From positions 62,001 to 126,000 of the forward strand of contig QPMI01000029.1 in the NCBI GenBank assembly GCA_004431415.1: DNA of 64,000 nucleotides. Reading direction: 5' to 3'. Numbering within the stretch: position 1 is the stretch's first letter; each line of letters starts with the position of its first letter. The notes below the pieces were generated by a model that was not told the origin of the DNA, made no database searches, and worked only from the letters and a program-made list of their open reading frames with translations. Shown here piece after piece: positions 40,901 to 52,900 of the stretch. This DNA comes from Cyanophora paradoxa CCMP329. Taxonomy: Eukaryota; Plantae; Glaucophyta. The position numbers were made by a program, and so were the translations under genes.

Positions 40901-43900
40901 AAAGCTGCTTTGATATGTGGAGACAGGGGGGCTATTCGATGACCAAGGTTGTACAGTTCTATAGAGAGGCGATGTATGGAGTCACTCAATTCAGGGCTTG
41001 GAGACGTCAGTGCCAGATGTGAGAGTTCAAAGGAGACCTCTACAAGGCGAGTATGGATTGGGGTTGTCATAATAATCTACTTTTAGGTAGCATAAAAATG
41101 CGAAAGAGGCGGCTCTGCGTAGAGCTTGATGAGAGCTTCACAGGAAAAAAAAGAGCGCTCAAAACGGCCAATCTGGTGCCGAGATATTCACGTTTGAAGT
41201 TCCTTAAGTGGCTCTAATCGAAAGTTTTAGAAACATTCTTATAGAGCTCTATAAGGAAATAGCTGCGCAATCTCAGCGTTGCGCGGCCATACAAGGAGCA
41301 ATCTTAGGCTTGCGCAGCCACACACTGAGCAATCTCCGGCTTGCGCGGCCATACAAGGAGCAATCTCAGGCTTGCGCAGCCACACACTGAGCAATCTCCG
41401 GCTTGCGCGGCCATACAAGGAGCAATCTCAGGCTTGCGCAGCCACACACTGAGCAATCTCCGGCTTGCGCGGCCATACAAGGAGCAATCTCAGGCTTGCG
41501 CGGCCATACAAGGAGCAATCTCAGGCTTGCGCAGCCCGCGTGTATATGTATATGATATATATGAAAAAAAACAAGTTTCGGTAAAAACTACAGCGCCGTG
41601 ATCGCCATGACGCGGCGAGTCCGGAAAGCTATGTTATATATATATGTCATGTGACATTATGATATATCATATACATATATCATAATGGCATATATATGGT
41701 ATATGCGAACCTGAAAATATTCGTAGCTCGTCACCAGATCATCGTAAGGCTATGATGTTGGGGTCTATAAATATCTACTTTTTACGAGGAATCCAACGGT
41801 GATAGTGCTAGGGGCTGAATCGGTGATTTTAAGATGGGGTACTTACAATTTTCATGACTTTCTCCAGCTAAAATTTGCTTTGTGGAGTAGGGCATACCCC
41901 TCCATGCCATAGTTATCACATATGATGTTCTCATATGCCTCCATCAATCTGCGCAATTCTTTACTTTTCTGGGGGTTGATGTCTTGGGGGGACTTCCTAT
42001 ACTCATCATAATACTGCTGCCTGACTGCCTCCCACAGTTCAACCATGTCCTCAAGGGGGATGTCATCATAGCTGCTATCTGAGTCCATGGTGGTACTGGT
42101 GGGCTTATGTAAGACTGTTTGGGGGTTGGGGGTGTCAAGAATCAATTTTTGGTGGGCACTTGGGGCTTGGCTCTTCACCATGCTATATGAAGATGTCCTT
42201 AAGTGCTGGTGGCCTACAAGCAAGTGGGGTGGATTTTGGGGGGTTAGGGACTCAAGGAGAAGTTAGGGGGGTTTCTGCCAACTGACGTCTTGTTGTTTAG
42301 GTTACCATTCTCAGTCTGGAAGGTGGGGTTTAGGGGGGATTAGGGGTTGTGGAGTGGGTAGGGGGTATTCTCTCACAACTCTATATATTTCTGGCTTGTT
42401 GCTTAAAAATGAAAAGATTTGGAGGCTATAGGAGTTATATATCCCCCCTAACCCCCTAACCCCCCACATGTATACATTATTACCATTTCTGGTCATAAAA
42501 CAACCAGAAAGTAAAAACGATCCCCCCCAGATCCCCCCCAAACTTCTGGAAACCCCCCAAACCCCCCAAACCCCCCAAACCCCCCCAGGCCTATCATGAG
42601 CCCCCTAATCCTCCTCCTCTTCCAAAAATTCCACCAACAGCCCACAGCTCTTGAAGTAAGCCATCATCTCATCCCACTTGAAGACATAACACTCCCTTCC
42701 ACAATACTTGGTAGGCCTCACATATTCCAGTCCAGCCATCTCAATGTAGAACTTCCTTGAGCTGAATTCATTCTTGAATTTATTAATTGTAATGAACTGC
42801 TGGAACCACTCCACACCTGTTGCCTGTTCTCAGTCCTTGGTGTATCCTTGGTAATCTTTTGGGTGTCTACCAAATCCTTGGTGAACAAGGCAGTGACAGG
42901 AACACTTGCTTGTTGGGCAAGGTAGTAGCTGTTGGTCATTGGCCTGTCAGCATACCAGTTCACATCTGTGACATCCACCTTGTTTTTCAAGTAAAGGAAT
43001 ACCATGTGCTGGTTTCTTGGCTCCTTCAGCCAATTACCCAGTGACTTGAAATATTTCATGTCACCCTTTTTCTTGTCACTCACCTCCACAATCACAAACC
43101 TTCTATCTCCAGCCTCCACTTTGATTGGTAGGGTGTTGTTGGTAGTAAATATGATCCTGGCGAAATTCCTCACCTCATGAGAATTGACATACTTAGCCTC
43201 AATTACAATTTCTCAGCAGTGATCATGTCCTTGAGGGCATCACTGTTTGTGAAGGTGTCTTTGCCACTTGCCTCATTCACAGTGATAAGTAGTTTGTGCT
43301 TTCGCTGGTGGGCAAAGTTTCCAAATAAGTCCTTCAGTGGGTTGGCTGTGCTGAAAGCCAAGTCCCCACCCAGTATTTCATTTTGAAACCAATCCAATAT
43401 GATGTTCTTCCCACTCCTTGCTTTCCCTTGAAGATGATTGAAATCCCATTCAACTCCCCAGGTCTCTGAATAATGTGGGCAAAGTACTTCAGTATGTAAT
43501 TGAATGTAGAAGCATCTTCACCACTGAGAATCATCATGTGGTCAAGGAATGGGCTAACATCTTCCTCAGTTACATCAGGAGGAATATCCATTTCACTCAC
43601 ATCCATAAGCTCACCTTTCATACCAGCATAGGCATTAAACACCTTGGCAGTGGTGGAAGCAGATTTTACAGGAGGTGGGAGGAAGTCCAAGTAATCATAC
43701 CTTGTGGCAGTCTCATCTTTCGCCCACTTTTTGATGAAGTTATGAGGCTCCATCTTCATAGACATTAGGTCAAACTCTGTGTACTGAATGTGAGGGTATA
43801 CATCCTCAGCCAAGCTTTTGAAGCTGGTTGTGTCATACTTCTTGGTATGATCATTCCAAGACAAGACAAACCCAGGCTTCATAATGTGAGCAAGTCTGGC

Positions 43901-46900
43901 ATCCATGTAGGGCTTGATCTCCATGTAATCACAGTTGGTAGGAATTGGAGCAGTCTTGTAATCAATGTTGGAAAGGGAAGCTTGACATTCAGGTACATCA
44001 AACCCACTGGCCATAGGTTTTTCCACAAAAGTCACCCTGTAGCCAGTTTTCCCTCCACATAATCACTAACCTCTTCCAAAGCACTCAATACTTTGGGGTC
44101 TTTCCTGATCATACATCCATCAAAGACCAAGACATCCACATGGAGCTTAAGAGCACTGAAGTACTCACAAGCAGCCATTAACACCTGATTCTCAAGGTCA
44201 CATAGTACCATATTCATGGTGGAACCAAGTACATTGCTTTCTTTCTTGCGCTTAGCAATAGCATAGAAGCGCTGCTTCTCAATCCACCAATGAATTGATG
44301 GACTTTGGCCATTTCCTCTTTGAGATCACTGAAGTACTTGTGATTGATAAGTAGGCTAGAGAGGTCAGCCCTTGCCCACCATTGATGACTGCCAGAATGC
44401 TGCGCTTGACATCAGCCTTGGATTTCTGGGTGACCTCACAGAGATCATCAAGAATTTCATCCCTGCTCTGAACATATTTGTTCAGCTGAGGAGTGGCAAT
44501 TGAATGTTTCTCACAATACTGAACAAGCAGGACAGGGTGGCAGTTCACAATGTCAATGTCATAGTAGTAGTCCTTGGAAATGGTGTGGCGAATTTCCCTA
44601 CAGATGCTTTGAAGGCTGGGGTTTTTCCATCCACAAAGTACCTACCAGTGTTGTGCTTCACCTGCTTATATTTACAGGTGTGGTAGCCCTCATGATCGAC
44701 GATAGAAAGTAATTTCTGGATGATGGCTCTCATTTGGGTCTTGTCAGTTTCAGGGCGAAACTGGAGATTATCAAAGTTCTCCACCACCCATTTGAGGTTA
44801 CCTCTGTGGATGCGCTCAGTGAGAATGAAGGTGTTGCCATTGGGGTTGATTGAGCTGAATGAGGGAGCCATTCTATAATAGGGTGAGATAATTATTTCAG
44901 TGAACTATACCCTTAAGTACTTTTCAGAAAAAGGAGTAACTCCAATCAATTTTTTCGGACCCCCCACCCTCATACATAGGGATTTCGCTTCCTTGGCCGC
45001 CCCCTCCGGTCAGGAACAGCCTCTTCAAACAAATACCTGATACACAATAAAGCGCCTGCTCTGTACGTACTAACCCTTACATATTTCTTGTGAAGCTCTC
45101 GAAACTCTGGTCATTTTGAATCCTGCGTTGGATGTATCTCATTTGCTTTGTGTATGCCATTGCTTGATGCGTTTCCTCTTATAGTATAGTTGAGATTTCT
45201 TTTTAAGTAGATTTCACTCTTCAAAACGTTGGAGGGATAGCTTACATGCGCGTACTATTTTTTGGGTGGGCACCCAGTTACTCAGCCTCTTCTCAATCTT
45301 GCCACATTGAGTAATCATCTGATTAATCCAATGAACCTCCCCCAAATCACAGAAATTTATGTCCCCAGAAGCATGTTTAAATAATGAGTTTCTGAGCTCT
45401 TTGCTCTTTTGAACAAAGATATTCTTGACATCACTCCACAAGAGTTTGATAATTGGATTTGACCCTTCACCATACTGCCATGTAGAGGAGTTACCAACCC
45501 GAAAATACCATAGTCCTTGTTTTTTACCTTCAGGGATTCTGTAAAGCACCTTGTGACTAAGAGCCAGACGGGCAACTTCAGCTATTGACTGGTCAGTGCC
45601 CTCCATGATACATCGTGAGACAGCTTGTTTAATAGCCTCCTCATTCTTGGATTGGACAGCAGCCACTTCAGTGGTGTCAATCGTGAGAATTCGAGCATCC
45701 ATTGTGACAATCATCTTGATCTCCTTTGAATATAGTAGAGAAAATAATCTTTAAGTAGTAACTATACCAGCACTTAAAGAAATAAAATGTTCCCTATATA
45801 GAATACAGCCCCCACAACCATGCCCCGCCAAAGCCACTACCAAATTAAGGAGCTTCAGGACAAGATTCTCGGGAATCTGGCGTTCCTTCTGGCCAATCAC
45901 TCCATCAGTGAAAGTGAATATGAATCTTATATTAAACAGACCAACAAGAAGCTCAAGGGGCTTCAAGCTCTCAATCGAGAGCTATTAGGGAAAATCGACG
46001 CCCTTGATGAGACTGATCGCCTTGGCCAAATCCAAGTCGAACAAACTACCACAACTCAAGTCAGAGGAGATGAATACACTACCTTAATAAATGAGCATCG
46101 CGCTCTGAATAATAAATACATCGATTTCACAATCAGAGCTCAGCACCAGATCCTGACCACTCAAGAGTTTATAGACACCTACTCTGAGGAACTCCACACA
46201 AGGCTCCAAGATGCCATCAATTCACAAATGTCGATTAAAACTCGCTTTACATTTGTCTGTCGCTTTTCTAAGGCCAATAATTCGAGAGATTTTATTACCA
46301 AGCACATTTACAGCACCTATGCTATCATGACAAGATCTCGAATCCTCACAAAAGAGACAGCTAAACTTGCCAAGGAATGCCAGTCGCAAATTAATGTCAC
46401 AGATAGCTACAGATTAGATAGCATCCAAGCCCTCAGGGTCATTGTTCTCTCCTTTAAGCCAATCTCAGGAGGAGCATTTATTCCATTGCCTGAGTGGCTG
46501 AAGAATAAACGCGCCATTGTCAATGTTAATAACAAGGACAATAGGTGCTTTGAATACTCCATCCTGAGCTATATTCACAAGGACGAAGTAAATAGCCACA
46601 AGCGCAATGAGACTTCCCAATACAGGAGGTGGTTCAAAAAAGAACTAAATTTCGAGGGCATTGAGTTTCCTGTGAAGGCGGATGCTGATACTATTGATCT
46701 CTTTGAAAATCTCAATCCAGCAATCTCTGTTAATATTTACGACCCTCTAACTCTACAGAAGAAATTAATCTACTCCACAACAGCTCCTCAAGGAACAGGA
46801 AACACCAAGTGGATCTGCTGCTAATTACAGACGAAAATGGTAACAGTCATTATACCACAATATTCAGCATGTCCAGAGTCTTAGCTAAAAATGATAAGCA

Positions 46901-49900
46901 GCGACTCCATTTCTGTAAAACCTGTTCCAACCACTTCAAGACTGAGGAGAAGCTTCAATCCCACATTCAAAGCAAACGTTGTGTGGATTGGAAGACAAGT
47001 GCTGGAGAGACCCCAAAACAACCCACATTCATTGAATTTGGTCTTAAACATCTCTCAAAGACTGTATTCCTCCCCGTGATTGCCTATTGCTATTTCGATT
47101 ATGAAACAGATATTTCTGGTATGTTCAAGATCAAATCAATCTCACTGACAGCTCTTCATAATAATAGAGTAGTACTCACTAAAACCCACTCCAACATCTT
47201 TGAGCTCCTGAGTACCCTCGACAGCACAGCCCCAGAGCTATTCAAAGCCCTATTTACCAACATCCCAATGTCACTGACCAAAGAGCAGAAACGTACCCAT
47301 TACCTTGCTAAAACCTGCTACATCTGTGAGGGTACGTTTTCCCAAGACAACTATAAAGTGAGGGATCATGACCATCAAACAGGCGATTTTGTAGGCTCAG
47401 CCTGTCGCAAATGTAATCTCCACAGACGCACCAGCAATCTCACCAAGATTCCCATAGTGACCAATGATCTGTCCCTATCTGGAACGCAGATATTCAAGGC
47501 AGTCGCCTTAAATCCCGAAAAAAGGGTGGACGTCCTTGCGAAATCATTTGACAACTACATGTCGATCACCTGGGGCTGTTTCAAATTCATTGACATCAAA
47601 AACTTTATTGATTATGGCGTCCAGAACGTGGAACAATTAATGGAAAAGTTCCAGCTTTTCCGCCAGAAATCACACAAAACTTTTGGGATGGATGCTGCCC
47701 ACTATGTCTCAAGTCCAGGGCTTTCGTGGACAGCATGCTATCGATTACCAAGCCCAAAATCGAACTCCTCTCCAACCTTGATATGTACAACATGGTTGAA
47801 GGCATGATCAGGGAGGCCTTTCGATTATGAATCATAAATATGCCAAAAAGGAAAGGGACAGCCACATTATATATTTAGATGCCAATAACCTATATGGTTA
47901 TGCCTGTCCCAAAAGCTTCCCCTCTCGAATTTCCAATGGTCCCCAGAACCCTCAAATTACGACCTGTCATCAGCAGAGGGGGCCATCTTAGAAGTTGACA
48001 TCCATTATCCCCAGCACCTCCATCAACTCCACAAAGAACTGCCTCTTGTCATCAAGAGAACAGAGGATGGACTACAAGCGGCCTGCGAAGACATATACAA
48101 CTTTGTGGTGTCGAAACCTTTGCTCCAATTCATGGTAGCGCAAGGCTTAAAGGTCACCAAAATCCACAGGGTGCTAACATTTACTCAGGCTGCCTTTATG
48201 AAGCCTTACGTCGAATCCAATGCCCAAAACCGCAGAGAAGCCGCCTCCAAACCCGAAAAGGACTTCTTTAAGATCATGAACAATAGCCTTTTCGGCAAAA
48301 CCATTGAGAAAGTGAGAGGAAGGTCTAATGTCAAGATTGCCACCAACGAAAAGCAATTTATGAAATACGCCAGATCGCCCCTACTCAAAGCAGAAACAAG
48401 ACTAAGCGATTCAGCAGTAGCCTTCGAAATGCTACAAAAAGATGTCAAGTTAGATAAGCCCATAGCAATTGGGGCAGTTGTTTTAGATCTTGCCAAGCTG
48501 CGCCTATTTGATTATTATTATAACACCATCAAGCGGAAATGGCCAGACTGTAAACTGCTTTTTACTGATACAGATTCGCTTTGCCTTCAAATAAATTCGA
48601 AAACTATAGCAAAAGACCTACAAGACATTGACACCCACCCCACAGAGCTTGGCAAGTTCAAAGATGAGTTTGAGGGCAGAACCATTACTGAATATGCTGG
48701 TGTGAGGCCGAAATGCTACAGCATTAAAACAGATGATGAGGAAATCAAAAAGCTGGCAGGTGTTTGTAAGGAGACCATTCAAACAGATCTGTCTTTCCAA
48801 GATTATAAAGACCATGTGCTCCACCAAAAACCCAAGCAAATCGAAATGACTGTCCAAAAGAAGCTTGAAAATGAGACCTACAATGTGAAGATGTCAAAGA
48901 TTGCTTTCTAATCCCAATATAGATGTCATCAAAGATCACACGCAGACAAACAGAGTACGATGTGAGTATATTGCCAATCCCAATCCCTCAAGAGGAGAGA
49001 GGGGGTCGCATTCAGAAAAAGAGTGACCTCAAAGCTTTAGTTCCTGCGGATATCCCAACTGCCATTGCTGTGCCCCACTTGGATCCCTTAGCAAGGACAT
49101 TCTATGACACCAAGGTAGGATTTAAAGGCCTTGCTTCATTGGCCAAAGAGCTTCCAGATGTGCCAAGAAAGACAATCCGTAGATTCTATGATGCCCAAGA
49201 AATCAACCAGATAAATAAACCCCTCCCATCTGCCAAGAAGACTGCCTATATCCCAATAAGACAGCCACTCGACTGCTATGCCATAGACCTAATCTTTTAT
49301 CCTTCGTACAGCAAACAGAATCAAGGCTACAACACGTTCCTCACAGCTGTAGAAAATACCACCAGACTGGGCTTTATAATTCCCATGAGGGAAAGACAGC
49401 AGAAAGCACATTGAACGCATTTAAGGAGCTTGAGCAACAAGTCCCTCGTCCAATTGTGAAGATACAAAGTGATGCTGGGAGCGAATTCCTGAACAAGGTA
49501 TTTAAAGACCATTTAGAAACCCAGATGATTGAGCACCAAGTTTCGCAGGTTGGAGATCACAATAGCCAAGGCCGAATAGAAGCCTTTAATCGCACAATAA
49601 AGAAGCTAATTAACTCGTATTGTATAGCGAATAATACTGTAAAGTTTTTCGACAAGCTCCAAGATTTTGCCTACAACTACAATAATACCATCCACTCAGC
49701 AACGGGGATGAAACCAGCAGAGACCACAGAGGTACATGTTCCTCTAATACTCGGAAAAGAAAACGAGAAATTCATGAAGTCAATTGAATATCTAAAAGAC
49801 TATCCAGCAGGGAGCCACGTGAGAACTAAAATAGAGAAGAGCCCATTTGCCAAACAAGGGAATAATTGGAGCCGCGAAATATTTACAATAGAAGGAGTGG

Positions 49901-52900
49901 AGGGGTTCAAATTTAAACTAAGGGACATTTCTGGCAAACTAATAGATCGACTTTATGCCCACTACGAATTACAGAAAGTGGAAACCGTGGAGTTCTTGGA
50001 GGCGCCATCAATAAATGTCATTGAAGAGGCAAAGAAAGAGGCCAGAACAGAGCGACTTTTGGCCAGAGAGGGGATTGAGAGGGCGCCAAACGTGCCAGAT
50101 AAACCATTATTGGAGGACAGAGCAGGGAAGAAGAAGAAACAAGGGAGAGAGTTGGAGAGATTGAGGGTGGCGGGAACAGAGAGATTAGCAGGGGGAGCAG
50201 AGGCAGTAAGGTGGTATAGAGATTTCTCGAATTCAAAGGAGACCTATGAAGCTCCAGCAATTTCCACGAGATCAAGGAGGAGGGCGTAGAGTAGAGAGGA
50301 GGATATGGGGATGGGGGATGGGGGATGGGAAACCCATCCCCTTGTACTCGAATAGAAAATTTCAAAAAACAAAAACAAAATTATTTTTCTGAGAAAAATC
50401 CCATCCCCCTGACTGGCTCCCATCCCCCTCCCATCCCCCTGACCAGATATCGTCACAAATCAACCAAATTTCATACATTTTCCCATCCCCCCTGCCATCC
50501 CCTCTGCCATCCCTCCCATCCCCCTGCCATCCCCTCCGCCATCCATCCCACCCCCCTGCCATCCCCTCAAACCACCCTTTTTTACCAGACACTCCCATTC
50601 CCCTTCCATCCCCCTGACTATTCAAGATATCTGTTTAAGAGAAAACGTAAAGAAATGAAGAGATGGTTGGCAGTCTTAATTATGGATAGAGGCAGGAGAG
50701 GCAGGAGGGTAATATGTAAAATCCCACACAAGAGGGGATTCCTTAGGAAAGTTTAGAAATAACCCTCCTGCCTCTCCTGCCTAATTGGTGCCGAATCCAA
50801 GCTTCTAATACCCCAGAGGCGGCCAACATACTGGTGCCAAAAAGACATGATTAATACCCTAAGACCTGAAATAAATGCTTACTACCCTAGTACCTGAAAC
50901 GCGCACACATAGGGATACCCCTGATCCAAGCCTGTAGGCCGAAGGCCGGAGGGCTTGGATCAGGGGTATCCCTATGTGTCTCCCCGACCGCCCAGCCCAC
51001 TCCCGCCCCTACTTCTGCGAGTCTCTGCGCCGCGGCCGCCGTCATCGCCGCCTGCCCCTCCGCTCCCGTCGCCGGAACCCTCTCCGCCGATGCGCCGGAC
51101 CTGTATCCGTCTCTGCAGGGGCGGGGCGAGGCTGCGTTCAAGTACACCGCACCTTCGACCGGGTCCGGCAGCTCGCGCCCGCTTTTGAGTGGCTCACGCG
51201 ATTCCCGTGCACCTCTCACTCTGCATCCAGGCGGATCACGCTCTCGCTCTGCTCTCCAAACACGACATTCGACACGGTGCGCTTCGAATTCAGATTCGGA
51301 AGCCGTTGGCTCAGCGTAGCTTGCATACTTAGCCGCGCCGGCCCGCAGCTCCTGTACCTCTTCGACGGCTGCGGGAACGTGACGCGGGCCGGCCTCGGGG
51401 CGCCCCTCGCGGCGGACAACGACGGCTGCGGCGGCTCCCGCGCCTCGCGCCTCACCGCCCCCGTCGTCACCGGTCCGCGGCTCTCGTTCCTCGCTTCGAG
51501 CCCGCTCACGCAGCCGTGCGCACGCGTGCGCACGCAGGCCGCGACTACTTCATAGTGGTCGAGGGCCTCAACTCGACGGGCCGATTCCAGCTCGGCCTCA
51601 CGGTGAGTTAGCGGCGCGCCTGAATTCGCACGCGTTGTTAACGTTGCGTCTTATGTTGAGGCAGGACCACGCGTGCCCCGACGCGCCCTCTTGTCGCACC
51701 GCGACGGCCGTCGAGCCCTGCGACGGCGTCGTCGTCGACTCCGTCGTGGGGAAGCCGAACCTCCTCCAGGCGAGCCGCGCTCATCGGCATCCGATTAGCT
51801 CTAATAATAATCGGTTCTCGAGAACACGACATTTAAGATTCGCTCTAATAATAATCGGTCACTGTTGAGATTTGACGGTATACGTAGACGCACTTTGTCT
51901 CTGGCGAGGCGTACTACAGCGTGACTGTCCCCACCAACCGCACCGTCCAAGTCTCCCTCTGCTCCAACGTGCGCGGCGCCAGAACTCGCGATCGATCGCC
52001 TTTTATTTGCGAATCTCAAACGGGGTCTCGCAGCTCACGAATTTCGAGTGCATTCCAAAACTGCCCCTCGCTCAAATTGCGAACCGCGGCGCTTGCTCAC
52101 TCGTCTTCTGTTCGCAACTGTAGCACATATCTCCACATCTTCGACGGTCGCTCTTATGCTGCGCCTCCGTTTTCTTGCCAACGTCCTGATCGTCTTGCAA
52201 TTGTCGGATGCAGGCTGCCCGATCGACGGCTCCCTCCCTTCCCCCACTCGTGTGTCTCTTAACGGTCCGCACTTTCATCTCTCTCTATCCTACATCTCTC
52301 CATTTCCATCCCTGTCCAAATGCGGATTCGATCTGGGCGCCCGGCTGCACAGACGACGGCTGCAACGACTTCGGCTCGAAGGGCTCGTTCTTTGCCGAGG
52401 GAGGTCGCAAGTACATCATTGCTGTGGAAGGCGCGTGGTCGCCCCCGAGTGATGAATGCATTTGTGTCGCGAAGTGCCGCTCAGGGTTGCGCAGGGTGGC
52501 GAGCCGCCGTGGGTCAATTCGCCATGGAAGTCACCGATTCGATTTGCCGACGTGCGTGAGCATGATGCGCGCTGTGTACATGTTTCGCATTCCATGCTAG
52601 GCCGGCCCTTGACCCTCGACTCGACCGCGCCGCAGCAAATGTTAGCGCGACGCTCGAGCTACCGAAACCGACGCCAACGCCGAAGCCCGACGACCGGCCC
52701 GACGACGTGCTCCCAGGCGCCCAGCCGACCACCGCGCTGCCGCCCGTGGTGACGCCCGGACCCGCCCTGCCGGGCGCCACCTGCGAGGCGTTCGACGTAC
52801 CCAGCGCTTTCAACTCGTGCGCCGCGTCGAGCGTGTTCGGAAACACGACGGGCGCTCCGTCGTACAACGGCAACTTCAGCAGTGGGGAGGGCTACCACGC

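Larger units (their letters stand above)
23130..50979. mobile_element. Endogenous Polinton-like virus (27,850 bp)
   Basis: TSD CTCCCC at 23124-23129 and 50980-50985; TIRs; abrupt GC drop; compact intron-less ORFs for MCP, two mCPs, A32 ATPase, pPolB and rve integrase. Confidence 0.97.

Noticed and set aside
41267-41536. CRISPR-like array
   Set aside because: Variable parts are only 8 nt and alternate between two sequences; there are no unique spacers and no cas genes.
41208-41601. ORFs over the 31-bp repeat
   Set aside because: Non-ATG starts and a unit length not divisible by three; by-products of the repeat.
42224-42604. Telomeric repeats (ttaggg-like)
   Set aside because: Only scattered degenerate units in both orientations, not a tandem telomere tract.
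47310-47430. Mobile homing endonuclease or intein in pPolB
   Set aside because: The EndoVII-like zinc motif is a regular in-frame part of this pPolB type, and no intein splice motifs are visible.
23130-50979. Bacterial prophage or contaminant contig
   Set aside because: The gene set is Polinton-like, and the TSD plus continuous host reading frame show genuine integration in a eukaryotic gene.
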